Assembly: GCF_006345805.1 (NCBI RefSeq)
Contig: NC_042999.1
Location: 86,800,001-86,864,000, forward strand
Length of the DNA: 64,000 nucleotides
Direction of reading: 5' to 3'
From: Octopus sinensis
Lineage: Eukaryota
Shown here one piece after another: positions 14,805 to 29,900 of the stretch (the stretch's first letter is position 1; each line of letters begins with the position of its first letter). Under the pieces are notes generated by a model. It was not told the origin of the DNA. It worked only from the letters and a program-made list of their open reading frames with translations, and made no database searches. Made by a program: the position numbers and the translations under genes.

Positions 14805-15484
14805 GCCTTTGACTTTAGTATCCAAAGTTTTTTTTAACCCAGTATTGTCATGTTATTATTTATAGCTTTATTTGTTTTCAGATCTAATATTCCCATAAAG
14901 CAATTGTTTCACATGCCCTCAAAGCTTATAAATTTTAATATCATATATATATATATGTAAAAGAAAAGAATATATATATATATGTATGTATATATAGTTC
15001 AAAATTTACAGAAAATGAAAGACGAAGACAAGTGGAGGAACAACAAGTAGGTGTATTAGTTTAATGCTCCTGAAGAATGGAAAAAATTTTGACAATTCGA
15101 GCCTATGCTCTTTATCTAACTTATAGTAAATCTTTTTGAAGAAACACTTTTTATTTTTCTTCTTTTAAGAATATATTTTTGTTTGATATCCTAATTCCAA
15201 ATGTATGCAAGTTCAATTCTGTAAAAATTTGTACACAAATTTGAATTTTTGTAATCCCTTTTCAGTTTCTACTCAAACATAATCCCTACCCTAACTCAAA
15301 ATTGTAATCCTAAGTGCTAACATAAAACCCTAACATTAGATACTAACCCTCAGTGGATCGAGAAAGAGTAAGATATGAAAGATGTGTGTAGAGAAAGGAG
15401 AGAGAGAGTGAGAGAGAATGAGAAAGACAAAGAGTGAGCGCAGAGCGAGAAAAAGCGTGATATGAAAGACACTTGCGTGTGTTT

Positions 15485-15527
<43 letters not shown>

Positions 15528-15995
15528 GAGGGAGGGATGAGAAGAAAGAATGAGTTTGCTTTAATTGCAAATATAGTTGTAGGAGTAAGTTACTTTCATT
15601 CATGTATGTAATGTCATAAGCCTAGGTGTATACATGTTAATAGAGTAAACCTTTGATCTTAATCATTCCTTTTCTTAAAGTTGACAGCATGTCACATACA
15701 CACATACATACATGTATACACACAAATGCTGGTTTCATTAGTTATCGTCTGTCTGCTACAATATGGCTTTGTAAACCGATTGAAAGACGTGCTCGTATGT
15801 ATCCCTGAATAACAGCTATATTAATGTTGCCATCCCACTGCCACTCCATATTTGTCACCTACATAACTCTGTTCTCCCCTTCCCTGATATTAGTCACTCT
15901 CCCTATGCCACCTTATTTTCCTCACACCAACACACTTGCACCCTTCTGATTTTATCCAAAAATAGCCCATCCTACCCTTACAATTTTATAAGTTA

Positions 15996-16031
<36 letters not shown>

Positions 16032-19000
16032 TATAATCATAGGTTAATGGAGGTGCTTGGTGTATCAGACAAAAATGAAGATGAAATAGAGACTTATAAC
16101 CTAGAAGACAGCTGAGACATTGTACAAGATAATCTACAGAAAGCTACAGACCAGAGCTGTGGTCAAGAGATGACTTACAAGAGCAGTGCAAGCAGTGTAC
16201 AAAGATGCAGTCAGTGAAGCAAGAGTTGACAAAGAGTTCAGTGAGGGCTTTAGTATGCAATGAAATCTATCACAGCTTGATTGTAGGGTTCCTTCTAGTT
16301 ATTGTAGTTCTCCAAAACCATAACATAGGAAGTTAGTATTGCTGTCCAAGGAACTACAATACACAAGTGACCTAGCACTTATTATAGAAAAAGAAGAAGA
16401 TTTAGAGAAGAAACTGCAAATGTATAAACAAAAACTTGAATCAAAAAGCATCAAAATACACTTAGCAAAGTTTTAGTAAGTAGGAAAGAAGAGAGGATTC
16501 TTCTACTACCAGGGAAATGGCTGTACTCAGTATTAGGCAGAAATTCTATATGTTGTCCTCTATGGGCTCATAAGATATACAGTGGAAACAAAAGCAATGA
16601 ATAAAGACTTCAATGTGGCAAGCATAATGCTGTATAGGTTGTATAGTCTGTTGATAGTCTCTATTTTCAACAGATTTTTCAAAATGTTGTCTTCGAAGAA
16701 TGTAGCCTAGAGGTTAGAGGTCTTTAACTCATGATCACAAGGTTGTGAGTTCAGTTTCTGAAATGATTAATGTATTGTGTCCTTGAGCAATGCCTTTCAT
16801 TTTACGTTGCTCCTGTCTACTCAGTTGTAATGAGTACCAGCCAGGGTGCTGGTACAACCCTCTCTCTCTCCAGCTGTCATATTCTGGATATTTGCTGACC
16901 CCATCAAGTGTCTTTGGACCAAGAAGGTATCTATGTCTGTTTGGGTTAATTAATGAAAGCATAGTACATACTACTAAGTCATACTTGCTTGCAAAGGATT
17001 GCTGGTTAACCTGAACTTGCAGCACATCTTTTTTAAAGTTCACTTCTTTTCTTTTTGTTTTTGTATCTTTGAGAAATACGAAAACTTTAATTGAAAGTTT
17101 CCTGCAAAATATATTGAAAGACATCTTTTTGTTCAGTTTAAATCTAGTTGTTCAGGGATTTCTATTTAGGATATTACTTGTAGATATGTATTTTCACTTG
17201 TGGATGCATATTTCATACACTTGTTTCTTATGTATTGTTTGGTGCATGTTTTTTCTTTGACACAATGTGATTAATTAACTATTGCCACTATGCTGGTTGT
17301 GAAGGCACATAGCCAAGTTTGTTAGAGCAGCAAACTCGCAGTCGAGGGACCGTAGGTTCAAATCTCAGACTGGGCATTGTGTGTGTTTATGAGCAAAACA
17401 CTTAAGCTTCATGCAGATGTATGTGTGTGCATGTGTATGAAATCCTCTGTGAAACCATAAATTTCTGTTTCAACTGCAATGTTTAATTCTCTATTGATTA
17501 CTTCACAGTTCATTTCAGCTCTCTAGTTTTATATGAACATGTCATAAATTTAACCCAAAATGTAAACATGACCTCTGCCCTGAAAATACTTACTACACAA
17601 ACTATCAAGTCAGGTGTTATGGCAGCTCCACCAAACACAAATCGTACAATACTTGTTGCTGGAAGATTCAATGGAGAAATTTGTATCCTGGACTGGTTTG
17701 AAGGAACAATTAATTTTCAAATACAAGTAAGGTTTATATTTCAGATCCTCTTTACTGATTTAGGTTATTGTTAACACAACTTGATATTCTTGCAGCTAAT
17801 TTCTGCCATTTATTTAAAGCATTGTTATTATACTTAGTCTGAGAAGGAATTGCATTGCAGGCCTCATTTGTGTTTGTGATTGATATTCAGAGTAAACTTC
17901 TATAGATTGATGGCTACAAGAATAATGTAGGCAGAGAAGGAGTTCCAAAGGTGTGTAATCCTAGAGAAAAGGAGTATGCAAAATTTTGATGGTTGAGGCA
18001 TAGTAAAGATGAGAAAAAGATAATAGGTAAGTTTGGGCAGAGGTGATATGGTGCTTGCTTGCTGGAGGAGCAGAAACTTTTTTAGGAAACAGAAACAGAA
18101 AACAGCTCATTAGTGATTTAATTATTATAGTATGCCTGTTGATGAAGCTTTGCCAATCAGCTATGTACAGCTTTTTTGGAGACAGAGTAAATTATTTGTA
18201 TGTGTAGCAACTATGTTGTCCCAAATATATGAGTAGTCCTCTAACATGACTCTCATCTGATACTGTAAGGTGCCAAACCAGAGTTGATCTCTTACAAGTG
18301 TGACCAAGCTGGTCATAAAGCAAATACTGCAGTCAGGGAAATGGAGGACGGGCAAGGAGGGTTATTGTGCTAGTAGCTGCTCCATCAGTCAAGTAAGGAT
18401 ACTTCTTCATTCGCTGCCTGACACTGGTGGACAACAGAATGACATTTCATTCAGAGTTGTTGAGAGATGCTGGACAAGTGGAAAACCAGGTGCTACTTTA
18501 AAGTTGCATACAGGCCGAGGAGGAATGGAACCAGAGAGAGATGCCAAAAGAGGGCATACCTCTCTGATGGAGGTAGTGTTCTTGTACAACATTTTGCCTC
18601 AATCAAACCAGGCAGAGGAGCTTTTACCTCAGAGAGCCATGTTCAGATATGAGTGGAGACTTTGAGCACAATATCAGCCAGTATAGGAATAAAGGAAGGA
18701 CTTGCACCTATCCAGATCAGATATGAGGTTTGGATAAAACTACTTGATGTGCACAGTATGTCCCAGTAAGTGAGGGGAGGGGAGGGGTGACTGATTTTAA
18801 TTCCTAGAATAACATTTCTGTTAATGGGGTACCTGTTATAACTATAATCGTAATTTCAGCCTTGTGTACTTGATAAATAAATTCTAATAAATTGCAACCC
18901 ACTAAATTCCAGTGAAGAAGAAAGTAATCCATAATTTGTTTTACATGGATAAGAGTTATATTATATTGCAAAGTATAGAAGCCATCTTATCATGGCTAAC

Positions 19001-22000
19001 CACATTGGGGAGGGGGTGTTACTGTAGCTTTATAGCCCCAAGAGATCTTCGTCTCTAGCTGGCCTTAGACACAATATCTGTGTCCTTGGAGTATTTGCAA
19101 AGGGAGGCCATCCCTTCCTCGCAAGCCTGAGTGATACGCTCGAATAATGCTACAGTAACACCCCCTCCCCAATGTGGTTAGCCATGATAAGATGGCTTCT
19201 ATACTTTACATTATCGAACGATTACTGTTTCAATCTCATTCCGAGATTTAATTATAGTTATATTATAACAACTGACAAAGACAAAGCTGTCCATTAGACA
19301 AAAAAATCTGAATGAGAATACACACATGGAAGACAGACTGACTTCCAGGGACATGGTTAGGTACTAAAAAACAAAATGGTCGTTTTATTCCTAACAGTAC
19401 CACATTGTTTACTGTAAATCCATCGAGTGATCAATACATCAGATGATGAAGCTAGTGATGATGGCCAGGATGAATAGAAGGCCAACTCTGCAAATTCTAC
19501 AGAAGTTGCAGTGGGAGTGGTGTCTGTATTGCTGGACAAGTGACTATGATATAATATGATGGTGTTGGTGGGAGATTGGAATAGGCAAGATTTTTTCAAT
19601 TGTAGATAATGTACATTGACAGAAATAATTGTACATGGAAATATTTTGTTGTTTAGTTGTTTGTAGATTTTCTTGGTGTATATGTTTGTATGTGTGTGTA
19701 TGTGGTGGTGGTGGTGGTGGGGCAGTTGCTGGTGCATGAAGTAATCTTGAGATCAGATGGACATGTGATGAAATGAACTGGTTTAGTACCACACCTGATC
19801 CAGATCCATGGTTACCTTCAGCTGAGTCCATGCTGTAGCAAACCTATAGACAAGGTCTCTGTTCTGATAATAACACAAGTCATAGTTTCTTCAATCTTGC
19901 TCACCAGTTGCAGTCTCTACAAAAGGATCATGGATGTTACTCTTTCTTCTGAGGCTAAGCCATACACACAAACACACATCACACATACTCAATACAAACA
20001 CACACACACACATGCGTGCACACACACACACACAATATTTTTGTAAGTGACTAAAATGTCTCTACAATTATATCATTTAGTTTCAACTAACACTCTCAGA
20101 TCAAAGTTTTGATTGAATTTATACAAGAAAAAAGTATTGTGATAATACTCATAATGATAGTGATGATGATGGTAATGATGATGGTGGTGGTCGTGGTCGT
20201 GGTGATGATGATGGTGACAGCAATGTAGTATTGACAAAAATAATGACAACAATAACAACAACTATAAGAAGGAATAGAATGGGGTTAATAAATCTGATTA
20301 TATAAGCAGGATATTTTCTAAGGCTGATTGTTCTCCTTTTCTAGGCTCATGGCAACAAAGAAGTATTATCATTAGTGTCTAACCCTCGTTTTGACCAGCT
20401 GATCTCCAGTGGTAGAGGTAATAAAATAAATAATTTTTTGCACTATGGAAATGCATTTCAATGATGTCAGGTTGACTTGTCTCACCTCTCTATCTATAAG
20501 CATCAATGTTTGTCTCTTTCTCTCTCTCTCACATACACACCCACTTTCACACACATGTATACACATACTCACACAAACACACACAAGAATGTGTGTGTGA
20601 GTATAGATAATTTTATCTAAACAGTCTTTTGATATCTATATTTTCAAAGACTACTTCATTACCTATAAGATTTACTTTCTAACACCATTTTTCAACTAGC
20701 CATTACCTTTAGAAATATGTAATAACTTTAATTTAGCAAAGAAGTGAATCTTCCAGGTAACAGAAGTAATAGTAAACTGCAGCAGACATGACTGTAATAA
20801 TATATACCTGTTTGTATTGGCCTAAGACTTTGCCACAAGCCAGATGCAATTGAACTGCATCAATGAATAGGTCAAAGCTGGTGTGACAAAAATTTTAACA
20901 CCAAATAATGAATGTTCAAATGAAGTTAACAGTGCTTGTGTGTTTTGCTGAGCTAGTATATGCCTTCCATGCTGTAATTGTTTTAATTTCAATACAGGGT
21001 CTCAGATCAGATTACTTACATCTCCAAAATACATAATAATGCTCTATTAGTTAAGCCCTCTAAGTTCAACAAAATAAGAAAAGCTAAAAAAAGAAAAAAA
21101 TGGTTTCTGTATATTTCACACCTGAGTAATAATGAATAACTCTGCTAATTATATTTTCCAAAATGCTAAAAGTATTACCTTATCTAGTATATTTAAATCA
21201 AAGCCATTAATCTATTTGGTATTTTTTTTTCAGATCTTGTCATCAAAATTTGGAGATTTTATGCTTTTGCAGCTGACTGCTTGATTCCTCTTATGTCATT
21301 TTACTGCTCTCAAACACCAACACATATGACTGTCTTACAGAATTTCCTTGTTGTTGCTTTTAAAGATTATGCTATGCTAAATTTCTCACTTGTGTCATAC
21401 GATCTTAGAAACTATAGTAAGTCTATTTTTTGTTTCTTATGATTATATATATATATAAAATATTAGAAAAAAAACACCTTTTATCAATTCAAAATGAACA
21501 ATTAAATTACACCATCTAGAAAATTACATATAATAGTAAAGTTAAAATTAAAATAACAATAAAAAGTAAAGATTAAGTAAATTACAAAAATAATAAAAAA
21601 AATTTTTAAATGTATATATGTATATAATTATTTATTTAAAAAAAAAATTTTTATTTTTTTAATTTAAAAAATTTTTTTAAATTTTTAATCTTTACTTTTT
21701 ATTGTTATTTTAATTTTAACTTTTCTATTATATGTAATTCTCTAGATGGTGTAATTTAATTATTCATTTTGAATTGATAAAAGGTGGGTTTTTTCTAATA
21801 TTTTATACATATATTATGTTGTGTGGAATTTGATTTAGTATTTCTAAATTGAATTCTTTTTCCTTGTAAGTTTGGATTTTATTCCCTCAAATAATAATTA
21901 TATATATATATATACAACTTGGTCTTGTGCAAGGGCTGTAGCTAGAAACACTGAGACTTGTAAGGTTGATTGCAGTTGATGTTCAGTTCGTATCTGAAAT

Positions 22001-25000
22001 AAAAGTGATAGGGTTAGGGTTGTAGCAGTAAAAATTCCAGACAGTTGAATCTCTGGGTAGGAAGGATTGAGACAGTAGTTAGTATATATATCTGAAAGGT
22101 GAGACACAGAATTGATGCTAAGAGAATATATAGGTAGGCTAGTTGGCCCTGATTCATAGGAACAGATACAGTTATATTAAAGAGACAATAGTCAGCACAT
22201 ACATAGGCCAAAGATTGTCAAGTATTGGAGTGTAAGGTTTGTCAATCAGTTGAATAACCTTCTTTTGGATTTTGAGTTGAGTGTTAAAATTATTCCACTG
22301 TAGGTCTTACTTGAGCTTTAAGGAAACTCTACCAGTTATCTTAGATGAAATATTTTATCAAGCTCAAAAGGATGAAAGGCAAACTTGACACTGCAGAATT
22401 TGAACCCAGAACATAAAGACAGATGAAATACTGCTAAGTATTTTGTTTGGTGTGCTAACAATTCTGCCAGCTCACCCTTTAATAATAATTATGAGCTTAT
22501 TTTAAGCAGTGTTCAGGTGCAGGAAAGGTTAAAAGAAGAGATAGAAAGCAGATACATAAGTCAAGTAAAGAAAGACAGCTGTGAAAGTTAGAAGTATATG
22601 TACAATACACAAAATATAACAGAAATTTGAAAAAATGGTCATTAAGATAGCCATAAAGAGGAAACATCAGGAGCAGTGTTAGTGAATTTCATAAGGCATG
22701 GCATTTTTGAAGGATAAATTGTCCTGACAGTTAACAACTGATACAGATAGTTTATTCCATGTTCAACAATTCTGAGCATGAAGAAATGTTTCCAAAAGTC
22801 ATGGGCATTGAACTATTTTTTCTTTTTAATTTTAACATCTCCATGAATGGTAGTGGTATTGGATTAAAAAATGAGGCCAAAATTGTTGGAAAGATGGTAG
22901 ATTATTTTGTTGGCTTCTACTAGAATTGAATCTTTAATGTGTTGATGCTCACAGAAGCAATACACTCAAAACATAGTGACTGACAGAAGGTATTTAATTG
23001 CACATCTCAGGACAGCAGATTGATATTTTGGACAAGATGGGGGTTCAAGACAGGAGATGCAAACTGCAAGTGTGGCTGTCCCATAGCTTTAAACAAATAG
23101 CTGGTGTGTGGCTGACAAAGACCTTATTGAGTGATGCTAAGATAGCTTTGACCTTTTCAATGATTTTAGAAATGTGGCTTGTGCAGTGCAGAATATTGTT
23201 GACAATGATATCTACGTCTCCTTTTATATGTTGATTTCAAATTTTGGCCCAAGGCCAGCAATGTCAGGAGTGGGGATAAGTCAATTACATCAACTCCGGT
23301 GCTCAACTACTACTTATTTTATTGACCCTGCAAGGATGAAAGGCAAAGTTAACTTCAGCGGAATTTGAACTCAGAATGTAAAGATAGACAGAATGCTGCT
23401 GGGGATTTTGCCTGGCATGCTTAACAATTCTGTTAGTTCACCAACCTTTTCGATACAATATATTGATTACTATATTTAAAATCTATCAAGCAAGAACTTT
23501 TTCTAAACTGTAACTTATTTTCTCATATTACTTCAGTGCAGTATGACCAGAATCCTTCTTGTGAACATTATGATCAAATCATTTCCTTAACATCATGTCC
23601 AAAATTAGGAATTTTAGCTTCGGCAAGTATTGATCAAACTATTAAGATTTGGAATGAAACGAATAACCTCATTCGGTAAGTTTTCTTGAAGCTGCTTCTC
23701 TGACCCCTTATATTCTTGTATCTGTACCTTTTATCTTTTTGACTTTCACTTGTTTCAGTTATTAGACTGCGGCCATGTTGGGGTACCACCTCAAAAGGCT
23801 TTAGTCAAGTAGATCAGCCCCAGGACTTATTAAGCCTAGTACTTATTCTATTAGATTTTTTTTTTCTTGACCTGTTAAGTTATGAAGATGTAACCACACT
23901 AATACTGGTTGTCAAGCAGTGGTGGGGAACAAAGACAGACAGACAGGCAGATACACACGCATTATATATATGTGTGTGTGTATATCATCATCATCGTTTA
24001 ACATCCGCCTTCCATGCTAGCATGGGTGGAATGGTTTCACAAGAGCTTGCCAGGCCAAAGCCTGCACCAGACTTCTGTGACTGTTTTGGCAGGATTTTTA
24101 CATCTGGATGCTTTTCCTAACACCAACCACTCAGCAGAGTGGACTTAGTGTTTTTTTTTTCATGCCTCAAGCACAGGCGATGTGAGTAGTGCTTTTTATG
24201 TGGAACAAGCACAGGTGAGGTCAGTTTTGGCAAGGTTTTTACAACTGGATGCCCTTCTGAACACCAACCACTTTACAGTGTGAACTGGGTGCTTTTAAGT
24301 AGCACCTGCACTGACATGGTTACCAAAAGTACTTGCAAAACAAAAAAAAAAGAAAAAAATTGGGGCTGATGAAGTCATACAAATTCTCTGACAACCACTT
24401 TTGGCTCTTTCCAGAAGTATAGCAAGAAGCCAGATCATGTTGCTACACATATGACCTTCCAGCAGTAACCCTCTCCAGCCAGAGTTTGACCACAGTCTCC
24501 AGCAGCTTCACAAAGCCATCTGAAGATCATGATATCATCCCCTCTGCAGCATGATATCCTCCCTGCTGGAAACACACCCAAAGACCATTACCTTCTTCCT
24601 GCTGGCCACAGCGTTTTAGTCTCCATTGTAGCTGTCCATGTTATATCATGCAGCCTTTACAGTGTTCAAAGAGCATTGAACAGTAGTCATGATATCATAT
24701 GATATAGGTAAATTTTTTCTAATATTTAGATGGCTCCCAGTCCTCCATATCAACTAGATTTTTCTCAACTACAACTTGAATCTTTTTACTCTCCATATCA
24801 TTGACTGTTCACCAATACATGAAGCTGTTTCTGAAAAAAAACATAATCGTAAAATATCTTCAGATTTAGCCTGGACAAGCTGTATTTCAGCTGCAAAATC
24901 TTCAAATATAATTCATATCACTAGAATCTATTCAGATGGACAGTTTTGCAAATTTGAAAAGAATTTTCCATTTGGCTTGGCATGTATAGATAAAGCGAAA

Positions 25001-26917
25001 GGGAAATAAGTCACATTTTTTTAATATATGGATTTAAAGATTCTCTTTTATTGGTAGAAATAACAGAAGATTCCCTAAGATGTACTGATTTAACTAATTA
25101 GATCTGGTGTTGATCACAACTCTGTCAGGCTCTGATTCTGAATGCATGGCAGTGATAGATGTTTTACATTAATAATAATTTTTTTTTTTATATAAAATTG
25201 AGTCAAGGATTGAACTAAACATTACCCTGAGCTGTATGTTTGACACTTTTGATCTACTGCAATAATTTTATTGTGTTCATCATGTTAAACTACATAATCG
25301 GTTGATAAGTTATTGCGGTACATTTGACTACATATTTATGCAAAAATAAAATTGCAAATTATTTTCTAAATTAAAAGAAGTTTTGAATATAGAAAACAAC
25401 CAGGGCATAAAAAGCCATGATAACACTTGAGTATGCATCAAAGTAAGGTAGAATACAGTGACAGAAAAGAAAAACAAAAACAGTATAGGCTGTTGCAGGG
25501 CTGAGGACAGCTAACATCATCCTCTGGCTAAAAAAAACAAAAACAAAGGGAACCGTCCTGAATGCTTCTGTTTCTAGATTCATCATTACTGTAAAGAAAC
25601 ATTTGTAACATTTCCTTATTTTATGACTGTAGGAATTTTTATGATAGGAATCACTGCCACTTTATATGTTTTAATAACTGACAAAAGTTTATCCTAAAAT
25701 ATCAGAACACTTCAACTTGAAGCCATTCCAGAGAGTTTATGTTTCTATGGTGAGAAAGGGGATTTGCTGGTTGGACTTTCTCGTCATATTTACAAAATAC
25801 CTAACACAGTTTGTAAGTATACCTGTTTATATTTCATCTCCATTTTACACTTGTATTGAAATCTTTGTTGCAGTGTGGAATAACTTACCATTTGTAGCTT
25901 TTGTAGTTTTATGAAGAATTCTCTGAATAGATTGTATCTGAGTTTAAGGATAGTTTAAAGAATACACTTCTACATATTAAATTTAAGCATCAGAAATTAG
26001 CTAGAGAGAGTATAGAAGGAATGTAAAGATCTACTTCTAGAAAGTGATTGCTAATGGATTCTTACTTGTTTTTCTTCTGATCATATTTTTCTAATTATCT
26101 ATCTAAAGTCTATATTTTTAGGACGTTTTCATAGATTGATGAAAAAAGACATTTGAAATGTTAAGCACTATTTACAAAGTTAGTTCTCCAGTTATGCTCT
26201 GGTGAAGGTACATTTACTGGTAGTTAGGATGTTGAATTATGATCATAAGGTTGTGCATTTAATTCCTGTACCAGGTAGTACATTGTGTTCTTGAGCAAGG
26301 CACTTCATTCCAATTTGCTCCAGACTATAAATTCATTATTCTATTTTTGCTGCCCACTATTCCAGGAAGCGATATGGGGGTAGAATCCTCAGGCACTTCC
26401 TCTATGCAGTTCTATAAGAAGCAACTGTCATCACACTTTCTTGCTGAATTCCCAAGTGTAACCTTCAGAGACTTTGAATATTATCCAACCATCTCTCTCT
26501 TGGTCTACCCTTGGGTCTCCTGTTATTTGGTTCAATTTGAAGAATTTGCTTTGCAATTCATTCTAACTACATGTCCATAGTACTGGAGCAATAACCTCTC
26601 AATGCAGAGAAGTTGCAGTTTGATCTGAAGAGACACCCTGATCTCCAAGCTAGACATCGTGTTGAGTAACATTACTCCAGAGATCCCTCAGAGGATCCCC
26701 ATTTTGGGTGCTTGTGTTCATGATTGTACTCTTTTGGCCATTACCCAATATTCATGACTATAGGTGAGGATAGGCATGGTAACTAAACTGAAGAGAGCAA
26801 GTTTGGCTTTTATACCAACCTCTATTTTTCTGGAGGTTAAGTGTTGAAGTTGGTGCATAACAGTGCCAGCACCTTCAATCTTAACTGAAACTTAGTACCA
26901 CCCAAGTGTTGTTACAG

Positions 26918-26958
<41 letters not shown>

Positions 26959-29900
26959 TGTCACATCACTAATATGCTGCTGAGCCAAGGTTAAGAGGAA
27001 CAAGAAGGTATCTTTGTCTGCTTACAAGTGCTTAGGCATTTAGGGAGAGCATGGTACATGCTGTTAAGTCATACTTGCTTGTAAGTGACATCTGTGCTTC
27101 CATCCCAGATATGTCATACATCTGATCAATTTTCAAGCTGTACATTCTGTATTTAGTTTAGTGTTGCAATTGCTTGAACCCTAGTAGGATGGGTGTCCTT
27201 GATAATACATTAACCTGATAAATTATTTATAGATCAGTGATAGATTTTTTTGCCAAATAACAATGAAATATGTAGCAGCTCTAACTTTCATTTAATATCT
27301 TTACAGACTTACCTAATTCCTACAAAGTGAAGTTGATGTCAATGACGATAAAGAAACCTATACCAGATACAGTAACACCTGTTGATGAAAGTACACTGAG
27401 TAAATCTGAGTATTTACATCAGTACCAAGCATTAAGAATGGAAAAATCTATGTTTGTATATTATATGTCTTTTTTTGTTTTTTAATCTCTAGTTATTGCT
27501 TGTATATACTTCTATGTTTTGTTTTACAATTTCTGATCTTCATTGGGCACATTAACACAGTAAGCCTATTAGGCCATTGGCTAGTGGGGGTCATGGTGCA
27601 CCCTGCTTGTGATTTACTTTAATGAGTATATTCATGTAGCCCTGGGTCTAACAAGTCAGAAAATTGATGTTGCCTGCAAAAAAACTGGGATGGAAGATAC
27701 CTCACCATGGACTTTTTGACCACACCCACTTTTACAGCTGGAGGCAGAAAATTAGGGGAATGGAAAATTCTAACAGCTCTAACTTTGCAACTCTTTGCCA
27801 AAATATTTCAAATGACCACTTAAAATGATTGCCTGGTCAAGATCTACAATGATAAATGAATTTATTCTGTAAAAATGTCACCAGAGGTTAAAAGGTCATG
27901 AACTTTGACCTTTACTTATAATACCTCACATTCACGGGTTTTATTTATCACTAACACCATAAAACGTTTTTTTTTTATTGAAAATGAATCCAAATGAAGG
28001 TTTACATGTGCTTTTTAATACCAGAAGTAAAAAAAAAATTGAAAAGAAGTAATGTTTATGCTGTGGAATGTGAGATATTTCTGCATTTTTACATACTGTT
28101 TTGTATGTATTGCTGAATGTGTCAAATAGAAGTAAGGCAAAATCTAGCAAGTCTTTGGAATCTTTCCTTGAATCATTGCAGATTACCACAGATGATATTT
28201 GAGTTGATCTATAAAATGAAGAATCAAATTATGCAAATATTTTCATCAAAGAGGTCATTGAAGTCAAAAGTAAACAAAAGTCGACCCTACCTACTGCCTT
28301 AGCAGTTTGTTATCCATGGTCATTATGAAATGTGCCATATAATTTTAATATTGAAACAAATGCCAGCTTGTATGATACTTTCTATCTCTCAAGTTTAAAC
28401 AAGATCCATTTCAAGTCTTGCAGCAGTTACCTTCCTCCCTGGTTGGTACATATACAGGATTAAAACAATGGATGTACAAGTTTGCTTTAAAGTTGAGTTA
28501 GAAATGTCAGCTGAGCACCCTTCAGATTATTAAAATTTGAATTAACACATTTCCAATAAGCATTTATCCAAATTCTTGCCTAGACGCAGGAGTGGCTGTG
28601 TGGTAAGTAGCTTGCTAACCAACCACATGGTTCTGGGTTCAGTCCCACTGCGTGGCATCTTCGGCAAGTGTCTTCTGCTATAGCCCCGGGCCGACCAATG
28701 CCATGTGAGTGGATTTGGTAGACGGAAACTGAAAGAATCCTGTCGTATATATGTATATATATATATGTATGTGTTTGCGTGTCTGTGTTTGTCTCCCTAG
28801 CATTACTTGACAACTGATGCTGGTGTGTTTACGTCCCCATCACTTAGCAGTTTGGCAAAAGAGACCGATAGAATAAGTCCCGGGGTCGATTTGCTCGACT
28901 AAAGGCAATGCTCCAGCATGGCCACAGTCAAATGACTGAAAAAGTAAAAGAGTAAAGAGAGTAAGAGAGTTGTATCTTATTTTCATGACAGTTATATCTG
29001 TTCTTAGTTTTATTAACTCTGTAATGCATTGGACTTCATCCTGTCCACCTATGTCCCATAATTGTCAAAGATGATAACATTATTTGTAAACCATCTTTTA
29101 CATTCAGGAGTCATTTCAAGTGTCCGATTAATAATCATCACCATTACTTTCAGTATCACTGTCCGATTCTACTCTGTCAAGGAAATCCCTTTCACTAAGT
29201 TCACTGCCACTATCAGGGTCAGAATCTGATGCACAAGTTTCATCTTCAAATTCTTCTTCCAGAATATCCACCAACTGATGGGGCATCACTTCACCCTCTG
29301 CCCACTCCAGCTTCGTGATTCCAGCTTCCATTGTCTATCCATGTCGTTTGTCTGGTCTAGGCACTGAAGGCTTTGTAATGTTTGCAAGCTTCCATATCCT
29401 GGTCTGGAAGTTACTTTAGCGAACAGATGCTCAAGGACATTTCTACATGGGGGTAGTAAAGTGAGATTGAATAACTTAGATTTTGTGAAATCATCCTATG
29501 CCCCACACTTTGCTCACAAGGTTGTGAACCACAATGTATTCACCTTTTTCATCTTTTTGTTACCATACAACTCACATATGAACCTCTCCAGTGCTTTCAT
29601 CACCTCCTCGTCAACTTCATCTGTTTTAACGACTTTCAGTCCCTTCACTTTCCCCTCCCCTTTGAAAGCATTGGTACTATCGCACCCGGTGAAGGCATGA
29701 TAACCCAGTCAGCTTGGTCACATTGATACAGCATCGTGTGTTGCCCTTTCCAGTTTTAAATAGAATTTGAAGTCCTTCCAGAAATCTAGCATGGTGAAGT
29801 AAGATGAAAAATATACCTGAATTGGGACTCTTCACACGAATGGATTTGCATCTCTGTTCTTTGGCACACATACAATACAGGATCACATGACTGTCAGTTT

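Noticed and set aside
26122-26220. Candidate exon after tatttttag
   Set aside because: Stop (TAG) in the required phase; the true exon is 25706-25812
28582-28660. tRNA genes at SINE heads (also 970-1040 and 2010-2082)
   Set aside because: A/B-box-like motifs are present, but they run into SINE bodies and I see no complete cloverleaf
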